This document shows, piece by piece, positions 1-19,989 of a stretch of DNA of 64,000 nt. The stretch is from Mobula hypostoma (lineage: Eukaryota). Each line of letters starts with the position of its first letter. Position 1 is the stretch's first letter. The stretch lies in assembly GCF_963921235.1 (NCBI RefSeq), contig NC_086097.1:220350001-220414000 (forward strand), given 5' to 3'. The position numbers and the translations under genes were made by a program. The notes below the pieces were generated by a model. It was not told where the DNA came from. It worked only from the letters and a program-made list of their open reading frames with translations, and did no database searches.

Positions 1-2081
1 TGGCAACCATTGTGCAAAACACAATAAACTGCAAATACAAAAAGAAATGATAATAACAATAACAAATAAATAAACATTAAATATCAGGAATATGAGATGA
101 ATAATACTTGAAAGTGCGTCCATAGGTTGTGGAAACATTTCATTTCGGTGATGGTGCAAGTGAAATGGAGTGAGGTTTTCTCCCTTAGTTCAAGAGCCTG
201 ATGGTTGAGGGGTAATTACTGATCCTGAACCTGGTGGTGTGAGTCCCAGGGCTCCTGTACCTTCTTTCTGATGGCAGCAGCGAGATGAGAGCATGACCTG
301 GATGATGGGGGTCCCTGATGATGGATACTGCTTTCCTGTGACAACACTCCGTGCAGATGTGCTCAGTGGTGGACCAGGCCATATCCACTCCTGGGCCAAC
401 AGATTATTGTTAGCAAACAAGAGAACATGTGCAAAAATATTACTTTATCACTTTTGCCAATTTTTTTAAGCACTCATGTCAGGCTGATATCATGTGCTTC
501 AAGTATTGGAAGCAAACATCTATTTTGCATCAACTAACACTTCACTTTCTTGGCTGAATTTATGAAAAATGGCAACATTCTGTTCAGCTGTTCCCCTATG
601 CAGATTCACAGTGTACCATTATCTCAGAATTTGGTCTAAGGAATCTGATGCACTATGTTTTAAGGGGCTACAGCTCACCATTAAAGAAGTAGTTTCGCTG
701 GTGACCAATCCCTTTATTATCATGAAGACAGGAAGCCTTCAAACAGCTATACAGCTCTGTGGTGGCTCAAATCATTAGGGCATAGAGTGGTTTGAATCGT
801 ATAAGGCAGTAAAATTACAGATGCATCCCTGAGGGGCTGGTGTGTTGGCTTACTTCACCCAGAATGGCAATAGCGACACCTTAGTTGGCTGCAGGGCCAA
901 GGAGGATTTGAGAGGAGGAAATCATTTAGATGCTGATTGGGAGTAACCAATTAACATTAAAATGCTAACTTTAAATGCATATATGCAGAATTGGTTTGGA
1001 TAAGATGGGTTTCAGTTTCGATAATCGCCAAACCTGTTTCATTTTGCAATTCTATATTATTTTTTTCCAAATTCTACGCAAAACTGAGGGAAGTACACAG
1101 AAGGGATTTGACATTTGACGTTTAAAAGGTAATGTCTGCATTCCTGATTTTCTATCATTTCACTGACCTCAACACTGATCTGATTCCACAGCTAATAGAC
1201 TCACTCTACAATGCAGGTTCTCAGTTTATTAATTATTATTATTTGTATTTACAGTTTGTCTTTTGCACATTGGTTGTCAGTCTTTGTGTGTAGTTTTCAT
1301 TGGTTCTATTGCATTTTTTTGTTCTACTGTGAATACCTACCAAAAAAAATCTCAGGGTAGTATGCGTGATATACCTATCCTACTTTGAGCATTTTTCTTT
1401 TTCGCCTTGTGGTATATACACTCAGACCCTAACCTCAATAAATTCCTTAAATACCTCCTCCTATTCTTAATCACAATATTAATCCTCATCACAGCTTGTT
1501 TATCACAATTGTTTATTGGTTGAGAGGGTTTAAAAAAATAGATCTGACCTTTCCTGAGGTTTAATTCTATGAATCAGCCACACCCCTACTATCTGCTCAC
1601 GGGACTGTAGGATGAACAAACCAACCATTCAGAATTGGCAACTAACTAGGGAGTTCCATTGGAGTTAAACCCAATTCTGTGCCCACTCAGTTTGATCCTC
1701 TCTCACTGAGGATACTGACATCAGGATTCTGGATATTAATCAGAGGAAACAACTATCAGCTGAGTTTCACTGCCCCAGTGCAAAGGAATTGCAGTGAACT
1801 TAATTACACCCAGTCATTGCCCGGATGTCACCAATATAAGTTGGAGACTGAATGGTCTCAACTATTAATTACATAGATCTTCAACACCAAAGGTAACATG
1901 AATTGCTCCGAATTGTTTCTTACTGTTAAGAATAGACAAATAATTGTAATTTTAATGGATGCTTACTATCAACATCTATTAACGTGTAGAAACTGTAGTT
2001 GTCAGAGCCCTGATGTTTCCCCTTCCATCCAGTTAATGTTGACACAAGGCCTGATGCCAATAATGCAATGAGGTTATAGGG

Positions 2082-2161
2082 CAGAGATTCTCAACCTTTT
2101 TTATGCCCTGGACCAATACCAGTAAACAGGAGATCCATGGACCCCAGGTTGGGAACCCCTG
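2082..2161. mobile_element. ~80-bp hAT-type MITE (other copies near 23982-24062, 25687-25766 and 63195-63273)
   Basis: cagagattctcaacc / ggttgggaacccctg TIRs, near-8-bp TSD (t/a)tataggg. Confidence 0.7.
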
Positions 2162-2169
2162 ATATAGGG

Positions 2170-3260
2170 GAATATGGACAAGCTAAATGAATTCATCAAC
2201 AAATGTAATGTGAAAAATGCAAAAGCATCCATTTTGGGAGAAAAAATAGAAAGGGAAAGTATTTTTTTTAAATAGATTGAAATACATTCTTGTTGTAACC
2301 AACCTCTGTGATCTTATAAACACATCACAGGCCATAAATAAGCAGATACAACAAGCAATTAAGAAAGCAAATTCTACTTTGGCCTTTTTTGCAAGATGAC
2401 TTGAGTGCATGAGCAATGATCTCTTATTGCAATTATAGGACCTCTGGAAGATTGTGTATAGCTCTGCTCTCCTTCCTACCTACCTGATATTGGGATTGCA
2501 AGAAAGGTCCTCCAAGCTGATTCTTGAAATAGGGGTTATTGCTCTATGAGGACAGATTAAAGCTCTTTTGGCCTATATACTATTGAATTTAAGAGAATGA
2601 AAAGTAATCTCTTGACACAAACATATCCTTGCAGTCTTGACAGGATAGATGCAGAGGTGATGTCTTCCTTACTGGGATGTCTAGAATAAAAAATGATCTC
2701 AAAATAAGGGCGAATCATTCAGATTGGAGATGAAAATAAATTTCTTCAGTTCTTTTAAGTTCAATGTAAGTGGGCCATAGACCACAAGAACATAACACAT
2801 AGGAGCAGAATTAGGCCATTCAATATTTGATAAGTTTCAATGAGATTTCCACCTCATTCTTCTGAACTCGAGCAAGTACAGGTCCAGAGCCATCAAATGG
2901 TCCTTGTTTATTAATCGTTTCATTCCTCGATCATTCTCATGAACCACCTCTGGACCCTTTCCAATCCCAACACAATTTTTCTTAGATAAGGTGCCCGAAA
3001 CTGTTAACAAAACTCCAAGTGCAATCTGACCAATGTCTTATAAAGCCTCAGCATCACATCCTTGCTCTTGTATTCTAGCCCCCTCAAACTGAATGCCAAT
3101 ATAACCTCCTGCTTTCTCAGCACTATCTGCCCCTCCACTTGATTCCATATTATCCACCAACTTGACCGCAAAACCATCAACGCTGTCATCCAAGTTATTG
3201 CTGTATAATACAAAGAGAAGTGGTCCCAACACTGACCACTGTGACACACCACTAATCACC
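2170..3260. mobile_element. Two decayed CR1 fragments (plus ~2170-2760, minus ~2780-3260)
   Basis: GLEYKSKDVMLRLYKTLVRLHLEFC and SVLGPLLF peptides on the minus strand. Degenerate RT 3' sequence on the plus strand. Confidence 0.8.
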
Positions 3261-3309
3261 AGAGTTTAGTTAAGTATATTCAAGAAAGAGACTGATATTT
3301 TTTGCGGAC

Positions 3310-4025
3310 AAGAGAAAACTTGCAGATGCTGGAAATCCAAAGCCACACACACAAGATGCTGGAGGAACTCGGCAGGCCAGGCAGCATCTATGGAAAAAAG
3401 TACAGCTGACGTTTCAGGCCAAGACCCTTCAACAGGAGTCCTTTCAAAACCGAGATGCGGAGAAATTTCTTTAGCCAGAGACTAGTGAACTTGTGGAACT
3501 TGTTGCCACATGCAGCTGTGGAGGCCAGGTTGTTGGGTGTTTTTAAGGCAAAGATTGATAGGTTCTTGATTGGACATGGCATCACAGGTTATGGGGAGAA
3601 GGCCAGGAACTGGGGTTGAGGAGGAGAAAAAAAAAGGATCAGCCATGATTGAATGGCAGAGCATACTCAATAAGCCAAATGGCCCAATTCTATTCCCATG
3701 TCTTATGGTCCTATGGTCTGAAACGTCAACTGTACTTTTTTCCAGGCCTACATCAAAGTTGCTGGTGAACGCAGCAGGCCAAGCAGCATCTATAGGAAGA
3801 GGCGCAGTCGACGTTTCAGGCCGAGACCCTTCGTCAGGACGAACGAAGTCAGGACGAAGGGTCTCGGCCTGAAACGTCGACTGTACCTCTTCCTAGAGAT
3901 GCTGCTTGGCCTGCTGCGTTCACCAGCAACTTTGATGTGTGTTGCTTGAATTTCCAGCATCTGCAGAATTCCTGTTGTTTTTTTTTTCCAGGCCTGCTGA
4001 TTTCCTCCAGCATTTGGTGTGTGAT
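3310..4025. mobile_element. Cluster of nested Penelope pLTR fold-back elements with an inserted CR1 3' tail (3436-3716)
   Basis: Repeated gcagatgctggaaat, gcaggccaggcagcatc and gacgtttcaggccgagacccttc motifs in both orientations. CR1 tail agaaatttctttagccagag...tcttatggtc. Confidence 0.85.
3805..3840 (-). ncRNA. Minimal hammerhead ribozyme motif (intact core)
   Basis: Minus strand reads gtc CTGACGA agg gtctcgg cct GAAA c GTC gac. Stem I gtc/gac, stem II agg/cct. Confidence 0.7.
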
Positions 4026-4128
4026 TTTTTTTTGTATATTAGGGGAATCAATGTTTATAGACTTGGTACAGATATTGTTGGGGAGGTAAAATTTCAATCA
4101 TGATATTGTAAGACAGTGTAGGTGTGAG

Positions 4129-4424
4129 TGGATGCATGGCCAAGTGGTTAAGGCCTGAAGGTCGCTAGTTTGAGCCTCAGCTGAGGCAGCGTGTTGTGTC
4201 CTTGAGCAAGGCACTTAACCACACATTGCTCTGCGACGACACCAGTGCCAATCTGTATCAGCCCTACTGCCCTTCCCTTGGACAACATCGGTGGCATGGT
4301 GAGGGAGACTTGCAGCATGGGCAACTGCCAGTCTTCCATACAACCTTGCCCAGGCCTGTGCCCTGGAAACCTTCCAAGGCGCAAATCCATGGTCTCACGA
4401 GACTAATGGATGCCTTTTTTTTTA
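4129..4424 (+). mobile_element. tRNA-derived SINE
   Basis: A-box-like tggccaagtgg, B-box-like agtttgagcc, T-rich tail. 11-bp TSD gtaggtgtgag at 4118-4128 and 4425-4435. Confidence 0.8.
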
Positions 4425-4889
4425 GTAGGTGTGAGGGGCTGAATAGCCTTATGTTTCTATTTCTTATGTTCCAACATATTAAATATTGACTTCACATATT
4501 GACAAACAGCAGATAATTTAGCAAATATAAAGTCAGAAGATAGCAACAAATGTCTTGTGCTTAGCATATGTTGAAAGATTTTAAAAGTTCCCAGGCAAGC
4601 CATTTTACCTGATAAATATTTAAAATTACCGTTGACTATTCTTTGTGTTGGTGGGAATCCAAATGAACCATCAACACCTGTCAATGCTAAATTAACACTC
4701 TGAAGCTACTAAGCAGAAATCAGCATCAAATTTTCATTGACAGATAATCTAGCTTGAAAAAGAGTAATGTTAGAACTACCAAATTAACATGCGAGTGGCT
4801 ACCTGCATATCATTCTGAGGTAACATCTGGACCCTCTGCACACTTCTGTCTGAACAGGTATACAAGGTGGTTTATAGAGCATAGCAGAG

Positions 4890-5540
4890 TACAGTTTATA
4901 GAATACTGCACAGAAATAGGCCCTTTGGCAATGATGTCTGTACAGATCATGATACTAATCACAACTGCCTGCATGTGGTCTACGTTACTTCATTCACTGC
5001 CTGTTCATATCCATCTAAATGCCTCTTAAGCACGACTGTTGTATCTGCTTCCGCCCCCACCCCCTTCCCCAGTATCCCATATCACACTCTGTGTAATAAA
5101 AAAAAACTTTCCTTGTAACTCACATTTAAACTTTCTTCCACTCACCTTAAAGCCACTTCTTCCAGTTTTTGAGATTTCTACCCTGGGAAAAAAAGACTGA
5201 CTACCTACTCAATGCATGTCTCTCATAATCGTATATACTTCAATAAGATTGCTCCCTCAGCCCTCAGTGCTGCAGGGAAAACAATCCAAGGTTGTCCGAC
5301 TTCTCTCCTTCAGCTCCAATACAGGTAACTGTGGTGAAATTCTTCTGCACCCTCTCCAAAGCCTCCACATCACTCCTGTAACACAATGACCAGAACTGCA
5401 CACAATACTCCAAAAGTGGCCTAACCAAAGATTTATCCAGCGGCAATTGGACTTGCCAACTTTTATACTCATGCTCCTATCTGTGAAGGCAAAGTATGTC
5501 ATTTATCTACTTAATATGCCACCTTCAGGGAGATATGGAC
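4890..5540 (-). mobile_element. Decayed CR1 3' fragment
   Basis: LVRPLLEYCVQFWS...ALERVQKNFT in ORF 5264..5446. Confidence 0.8.
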
Positions 5541-7342
5541 TTGCATCCCTAATCCATCATTAAAAACATGTACACTGCTTGCTCAATACATTGACGATAA
5601 ATACAAGTCATTATTTAATCTAGGTTTAAACCAGATAAAGAGTGATGATAGTTAATGATTACAGTTAGTTTGCATCTATCACAGATCTGCTAGCTGGTAC
5701 TGGTAAATGATTTTTCGTCATAGTGCATAGTTTATTAATTGGAATAAGCATGAATATATAGAAAGACAAGTATATTTTTCACAACAGACTTTGTTGCTTC
5801 TCTGCCTGTATATGTTTACAGTTCAATGCAACAAGCAAGTTCTCCAAAATCTATGCATATCTCACTAAAAGAAAATAGTTGTGTCTTCATGGATAATCAA
5901 TCAGTCAATATCCCAAGTGTGAAATGTTCCCCAAACCAAGAAAAGAAATCTTAGGTTTGATTTGTTCTACTGCTCTGACATGCTGGATCTTAGAAGGACG
6001 ATCATTTCCCTCGGTATCCCCACATTAGTCATGGGCAGAATTCTTGTATCCAACTGCTACTCAAGAGGTTGCCCAATACAAATTTAAAAGGAGCAGAGAT
6101 AGAAATAATGTCTGAGATAGATAGCCACTGATATCAAATAGTTGCTCTGAATTCACCATCTGGATTAGTAAATCCAGCTCCGTGCCTAATCCAAATCTGG
6201 ATGAGTAGGATATTTAAAACAAAATAGCCTCTGGATGTTCTCCCTCCACCCCTTCCATTGGACAGGAGGTACAAACGCCTGAGAGTACACACCACCAAGC
6301 TCAAGAACAGCTTCTATCCCTTTGTTATAAAACTCTTGAACAGTCCCCCAGAATGAAAAGTGGACTCCTGACATTACAATCTATCTCGTTACGGCCTTGC
6401 ACTTTATTGCCTACCTGAAGTCTACTTTCTTTGTACCTATAACACTTTATTCTGCCCTCTGAGATTGCTTTCCCTTTTACTACCTCAATGCACTGTTGTA
6501 ATAAAATGATCTGTATACGTGACATGCAAATCCCGTAAGAAGTTTGTACGCTTTCCCCATGACTGCAGGGTTTCCTCCAGGTGCTCTGGTTTCCTCCCAC
6601 AGTCCGAAGATGTACTGGGGTTTTTTAAGGTTAATTGATCATTGTAAATTGTCCTGTGATTAGGCTAGATTAAATTGGGGATTGCCAGGTGGTGCAGCTC
6701 AAAGGGCTGGAAGAGCCTATTCAGCAGTGTATCTCAATAAATAAATAACAAGGTTTTTCACTGTATCTCAGTAAATGTGGCAATAATAGACCAATTTACC
6801 ACACTTATGGAATACACAAGCAATGACACTTAGATTAGCAAAAAGGTTCTTAATCCACACTAATAAACTCCTTATTTTCAAAGGGAAAAAAATCAAAAGC
6901 TAGACTGTCTAGACCTGGGTTTCCCTCCATTTCATGACTCAGCCATCCTACTCAAAACAGGGTGCATTCCTGCTGCAACTGAATCATTACTTTCAGGAGA
7001 AAGAAGGTGAGAAAACCCTGGAAGAGAAAGTGAGGTCTACAGATTTCTGACAGCAACAATTGCAAAATACATGTGTGGTGCCAAGCAGATCCATCAAACT
7101 GAAGTGGAAAGAGCATTGCCATCTGCACCCTTGTTCAGAATGAGTCATACTGCAGTGTTCACAAGACCAGGACAAAGCTGTGGCAGACTTCAATAACTCC
7201 AAGAAGAGAGAAATGCTTGTGAATAATAAAATCATTTAAGGTTTAAGGAATATCATTTTTAAATGTTAAGGCCATGGTGAGTGTAACGAAATGTCACAAC
7301 CAGACACGAGGTACCCTTTACCCCACTCAGAGCTCCCTGGTA

Positions 7343-13385
<6,043 letters not shown>

Positions 13386-15419
13386 CCCCGTTGCAAATGC
13401 GCGGCAGCCCGCTCGCCTGCGAATTGAGTAGAAAGAAACCGTAACCATTGTGAATACAAGTTTGGATTAACATAAGTAAAGAGCGCTTCCGTCGCCCAAA
13501 TTCCTGCAATCATGGGTCAAACTATTCAGAATAAATGGGTGACCATTCCCCCCAACCCTCCCGTGACAAAGGTACCCAGGGTCATCACCGAACATTAGTA
13601 CAAACATTTCTGGGAATTGGAGTTTGAAAGAAAATCTCAGTACAGTTTGGAAGATCTCGAGTCAGTCTGACGTTTGCTTCCTGTACCATCCTTTCTAGGA
13701 CCTTCCCTGCTGGGCTGAAGTTGGCTGGCGGGTGCGGATTGTGAGTAGCTACCTGATCCCGCAAACCGGTATATTTGCCACCCCGCGGGTTGCACGTCAG
13801 TACGACATCCCCTGTTCGTTTCCAGGCAAGGCTCTCCAAAGCAGAACGTTTACTCAATTCGAGAACTAAATCTCTGGGAAAGACTGCGGAAAAGCAGTTA
13901 CCAACGGAAGAAAGATGCGGCACTGGAAACAATTTGGTGCAAAATTAATTATTATACACATTAAAGTCCCATTGTAAAAATATTGTATTTGAAATCTGAT
14001 TATCACTACAGTAGCTCTGAAAATATACGCACATACACACAAGACTAATCGAAGGAAATTGCCTGAATTTCACACTGGAAAAGCAACGCAACGAAGTTTA
14101 TATTGAATGTTTTAAAATTACTTTCAACAGAGATCAGTATTTTAGTTCCAAACGACAAAAGCAAAACTCTAACATGGAACGAAATTGTTCTCCTACAAAC
14201 GAGGTGAAAAAGAAGCATCCATTCGACGTGTGCGGGAAGAAACAATATAGAAACTTTTATGCAAAACGAAAACCCAGTAAACAATCGGGTCCCAAATAAT
14301 GGCGAGACTCTAAAGACGAATAATTAACAGGCTACAGGCTCGTTTCTAAATGAATAGCCCGCAGCGATTAACCAGTCAAGGACAGAAAAAAAAGCAAGGT
14401 TGCCCGCTAGAAGGAGAAAAATGAAATACAATTTCGGTAATGTCAGACCATGAAACAAGCAGTTCGTATTATTTCCAGAATTGCGGAGAATCATCCATTC
14501 GATTTCCGTATCTGGAAAAATTGGTATTCCAAACCAGTATCAATTAGTTCACAAATTTCACGACATCTGCCGGTGATATTAAACCTGATTCTGATTTCGA
14601 TTCAATTGGCCGTATAGACTACATTTCCATCCCACGCCTATCCCCCTCACGATCCCATGAACGATCTCTCCCCAATGTCTTATGTTTTCCAAGAACCTGC
14701 TGTCATTCAGTGATGCGGCGATTTTCTGGACGCTATAAATCGCGACGAGAAAACATTCAACTAGCCTCAACCGTTCGCCTGAAAGTGCAAGAAGTTCGCC
14801 TTATTAAATTCAGTGCGCGCTAGATTTTCCCGACTCTCCGAAACAAATCACACAACTGAAGCATCATTTTTCCGCTTGACAAGGTGAATGAGATTACGAA
14901 GTACGATTCCGTCGATGTTTTGAAACACATGCATCTTCCTGAAGACGTAAACAATATTTATTCAACAATTCCCATCACGCCATTTGATTTAAAGAAACAT
15001 GTTACATTATGTCTCCTGGTATATCTCTTTACTGTAAAGCGACCGGCTGGCCGAAAATTGCCGAGATTATCTTCCGCCGAGTACAAAGTTGACACTCTCA
15101 CTATTCCGTTCGAAGTGTCATGAATTCGATATTATCCATTGGGATCAATATTCGCCAACAATTGAGACACAACAGGGTCGTGACATTTAAATTAAAGAAC
15201 ATCGGGTCAATCGCAGAGGTCAGGGGGAAACTAGATCATGAACACATCTAACGCCTTGGTTAAGTATTGAGTAAACAAAACGCCAGTTTGATCAATTACT
15301 TTTTAATGTTCTCATTGCCACGGATGCAAGAACTCAACCCACATTTTTTAATGATGGCATTTTATAGCATTACCGAGGTCACTAAAAGGAACACGTCGCA
15401 GTAAGCAGCTGTCACTTAC

Positions 15420-15700
15420 CTATTTTGCCGTGAGGTCATCTAAATCCTTCAGGACATTGGCTACAAACACGAAATATTGTACGAGTTCCTTTATTGTAGC
15501 GGCTTGCTGATGGGCACGGGTCTTGTATTTTAACGCGTTGCTGTTTACAAAAAAAAACTTGTGCTGTGCGTGTGGTCAGCTGAGGGCAGATGGCAGGAGA
15601 GTAGGGAACAGGAGGAGCTGCGGCATCTCCCTTCACTGACGATTGGTCGGAGGCAGAGAGTGGAGAAAACAAGAGAGGAGAGAAAGAGAGAGACCTCCTC
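15420..15700 (-). other. PRDM14: Probable PRDM14 first exon (5' UTR, possibly partly coding); 5' boundary approximate
   Basis: Perfect donor AG|GTAAGT at 15420/15419 in CpG-rich unique DNA 2 kb upstream of the ATG exon. That exon has its own acceptor and therefore needs an upstream exon. Confidence 0.6.
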
Positions 15701-17071
15701 GGGGACTGCACTTTAACACATTAGAAGCCCTACAGCTCGCCGCCACCGCATCTCCTGACCCTTGCAAACGTTGTGGCTGAGAGCAAACTGCGGTTATCAA
15801 TGCAGACCCAACCAATAATCTCAAGCACAGCAAAATATCATTTGAAATCTTCGGACACCTTTGCTGGTAAAACTCAAAGAATTCGCCAGTAAAATGATAG
15901 GTGATCGAGATGTACGCGCCCGACCACCTCACAAGCCTGCTTGCTGCCTGAAGCCGGACATTTCGCTTCTTCGGCCAAAACACCGCAATTTAAAAAAGAC
16001 AAGGAAGCGATCGCTTGGTGAAACAATTTAAAACAGATGTAGCCCTATCCAATGTCTTCACATTGACATAACATTTTCAGTCTGTTGTCCGTTTTTATTC
16101 GAATTAGACTTATAACAAATATTAATTTAAAATCACAACGATTCAGACCCTTGTCCCACTATCCCCGTTTCCGAGATTTTGTTTTTATTCTGTAACAACT
16201 CCATAGTAAAATATACTTAATGTTAAATGTTCGATCTACTTGGTGCAAAAAGCACCTCCAATAGATAGAACCAAAGGATTCACAAGAGAATTGGTGCCGA
16301 ATAAAACCAAATTATTTGGTCAAGGAGACGGAACGGGAAGTGTGCAGGACGGTGCGACTGAAAGGACGGCATGGCCGGAATACAAGAGTATTTAGGTATG
16401 GAACGGGTTGATTACAAAACAGATTTATTCAGCACACTTTACTTGAACTATATGGCGAAATCTGGACTCATAATGAAAACGAAGTGATTTTATTTGCCAA
16501 TTGAATTGGCCGAACTGAATCAGTATTTTTCCCCTCAACAACTCAGATCAGATTACGGATCATTAATGAATCCGTAATAAACGGCAAAACTTAAAATAGG
16601 ACTGCTTCTGGGAGAATAACTTTGCCCTATTAAGTAAACATTATTTAAAAATGTTTGAAATACAATGGAAGTGTATCAAACCTTAGCGATTATTTCAAAG
16701 TTTAAAATTCTAATGAATTCATAGGGAGGTTGTTAGCGTGAACGTCGCTTACTTTGAAATTAGCTTTTTCGAAAACAAAACTGCTGTGCAGACAATATTA
16801 CAGACGCAGGCATTTCCCCATATAACACAAAAACCTTTAATTAAAATAATCAGATTTATTGTTTTCGTAACTTTATATCCCGTAAAACACAACTGGAAGA
16901 TCTGTATCATGAAAGCTACACAGATTTCAACATCAGTTAAGCTCAATTTTAGGTTAGTTTTTAGAAGAGAACGAAATTGGAACTAATGGTAGTAACAGAT
17001 TTTCATTGGATTCCCGAATTCACTGCATTAATGTTGGCAAGTGAAACAAAAACTGTCTACATAAGTAACTA

Positions 17072-17177
17072 GCAATACACATCAAAGTTGCTGGTGAACG
17101 CAGCAGGCCAGGCAGCATCTCTAGGAAGAGGTACAGTCGAAGTTTCTTGAATTTCCAGCATCTGCAGATTTCCTCGT
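17072..17177. mobile_element. Short Penelope pLTR fold-back remnant, ribozyme core absent
   Basis: acacatcaaagttgctggtgaacgcagcagg... joined to tttccagcatctgcag. TSD gtaacta at 17065-17071 and 17178-17184. Confidence 0.8.
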
Positions 17178-19989
17178 GTAACTAAGCTGGGGCTGGTAGA
17201 ACAATCTCTCGCCACCCATTCGCAGAAATATATACAAATGCCAACGGAAAATGTCGTACATTTCGGAGCTCCTGATGACAGAGATTCGTTACATTAACAG
17301 TGAAACCGATTGTTTGCGGGCGGGATAACGAATGTGTTTTTTATATCGGCAGTATTAAAGTCATTAAAGTATTTCGTTGAGCGAATTGGTTTTTTTGGAA
17401 GATTGGCGAGATTCTTGTCCCTAGGGCTCAGGTGTAAGGAGGACAGATAGAACAAGGGGGCATTACAAGCAGAATATTTGTGTTTTCCTAACACAGACAG
17501 CAAGGAAATACACAGCAGGTCGGGCAGCCTTCAGAAAGTTGTAAGCGCGTGTGAAGAAGCTTCCTCTCTGCTGGTCATCGATGGAAATCCGTTCAGATGC
17601 TGAGGGACCCGCTGTGTATTCCCAGCATTTTGAGGAGCCATGAGGTTGGATTACGGTAAAGTTGCGTCTGAGTGTAAGGTTATCGTTTTCAATATTTTCT
17701 TTAATTGATTCTTTTTGTCTAACACCAGCTGAAATCATTTGTACTCCAATAGATTTGTAGCTAAAACTTTTCTTTAGGATAAATTCATTTAAAATAGGTG
17801 TTTTTTTTAACCTTCCTCTATTTCATCAGTCCTTGGTAAATAAGATACATTGTTTTTAATCCTTTCGCGATATAATTTGTGATCGGCTGACGGAAACATT
17901 ATCGGTGAATGTACTTACACTGTACTTTATTATATTATTTTGACAGATATCGATAAAACGTGAATAGGCCCCTCTGGCCCAGCAACCCACATATTTAACA
18001 CTAGTATAATTAACATTCAATGACCTATTAGCCCGTAAGCCTTTGGACTATGGGGGGGGGGGGGTGAAACCGGAGCATGCGGAGGAAATATCCACGCGGT
18101 TCACGTGGAGAATGTGCAAACTTGTGACGCGGTGAACTTCGAACTCCAGAACGCCCCGGGCTGTAATAGCGTCACGCTAATAGTTTGAATTTTCTCAAAA
18201 GTTATTAACATCACCAGTAGGATCTGTATTAACTGTACCTAAATGCATACCGTCCCTGTAAACTGAACCATTAGAGTTAGCTCGGAGAAAGCGGAGGAAA
18301 TGGTTAATATGATATTGCGGAGTGCCTTCCGTTCCCGTTGCTGGTAAGTCACCGCGAAATTTGTAGATCTTTACTGTTTATATTCAGCTGTTAAATAAAA
18401 TATCCTGATAGAAATTCTTATTTCAGTAAATGACGGGCGACCGGACCTATAGAAGTATTTTAACTTGTGCTCTGTTACCCTCAGGTTTTAATTTTGCCCT
18501 CTATAAAATGTTGCTCTGTGCATATTTCCAGGCTAGATATAATGCGCTCCCTCTCAAGACGAGAGCCGGAGAAAGGATCGCAAACACTACCCAATTTCAT
18601 AAGACAAGACACAGATTTAGCACAGGGGTTGGTGACGGGCGCTCAGGCGGGAGCGCGATGTAGGGAATGCAATATTAAAAACTCCTTGTATCTTGTTAAT
18701 TCCAACCTAAGAGTGCTTTACCATGCTCGACTGTCTGGAGATTGATAATTTAGAATTTGCCTTTTAATCCCAAACTAAATCGTATATATTCTCAAAGTTA
18801 AGCTACCAACATTAAAAAAATGTCTTTATGGTCCAAATAGTAAACACTTTTTAAAAATGAAAACACCCCAATTTCCCGATCACTGTACCATCTTCACTAC
18901 TATTCCTTATGCTTCTCTGCTTAAAGCTGAGGCTGTGGTCTGCAACTCGTGGGTTTCTGGCTTTGTGGCTGTGAACTCACTTTCATGAACTTCAGTTCTG
19001 AATGTTACTTCTTTTTATTATTTGCAGGATTTTTTCTGCACATTGGGAGTTTGATGGTCTTTTTTTGAATGGATTCTATTGGGTTTCATTGTTTTATGGC
19101 TGCCCTTAAGGAGAGGAATCTCAAGGTTATATATAGTATACATTCTTCAATAATGTACATTGAACATTGAGCTTGAATCTGGTTGATATGTCTTTTTATT
19201 ATTAGCCATCAATTTCATGTGTTTTCTTTTCCTGTTAATTTTCTTTTCTCATTTCTCCCACCAGTTCAGTAAGTTGACCATATCAGTGAATGGGGTAAGG
19301 TGGGGAGAAGCAGAGAGCATTGCAATTACCCTGCTTGTCATCCAACCCAATCTCTCATACAGATACTTTTAAAAAGTTTGGTAATCCAGATTTGTATTTC
19401 CATAGCTGTGAGGTTTTGAGTTCAGCAGGAGCTCCACACTGGCTCCACATCTGACTAATGAAATTGAACCAGAGACACATTCTTTGCTCCAATGTCTCTA
19501 TTACTCAGTTGCTATTTCTTCATTGCAGCATATCCTCAATCCTTTTTGCCAAATTGTCATCAATTCAATATCTTCTTTAAAACTCTAAAATAAAATATCT
19601 TGTGAAATTTGCAACATATTCACTGTGCCAATTAATTTAGTTCAAAGATTCAAAGTAGAGTTCCGCTGTACTGAATTAATCTTACTCTCTAGATTAGTTG
19701 GTCTGTAATTTCTTCTTTAAAAATAATTAAACGACAGAAAGCATTAATGAAGTGCTTGAGTGCCGTTCCAGTGCTACAGACTCCTAAAATATTAATTTGA
19801 AGTCCGGCTGATATTTTCATAGCATTTCTTTTAGGACTCAGTAATACTGATTGATTGGTTTAGGCAATTCATAGGCATTCAGTCACTTAGATTTATTTTG
19901 GAAACATGTGTTACCTACCTTCACATATATTTTTGGTTCCAGTGTCATTTTAATTGGACGTACGCACACACAGACACACACTCTGGATT

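Noticed and set aside
3750..3938. Long hairpin as a miRNA precursor or DNA-transposon MITE
   Set aside because: The arms are Penelope pLTR sequence repeated across the window. Related copies have variable-length TSDs, unlike cut-and-paste elements.
5731..5736. AATAAA as the PRDM14 poly(A) signal
   Set aside because: Plausible but one of several candidates in AT-rich DNA, and unsupported without 3'-end data.
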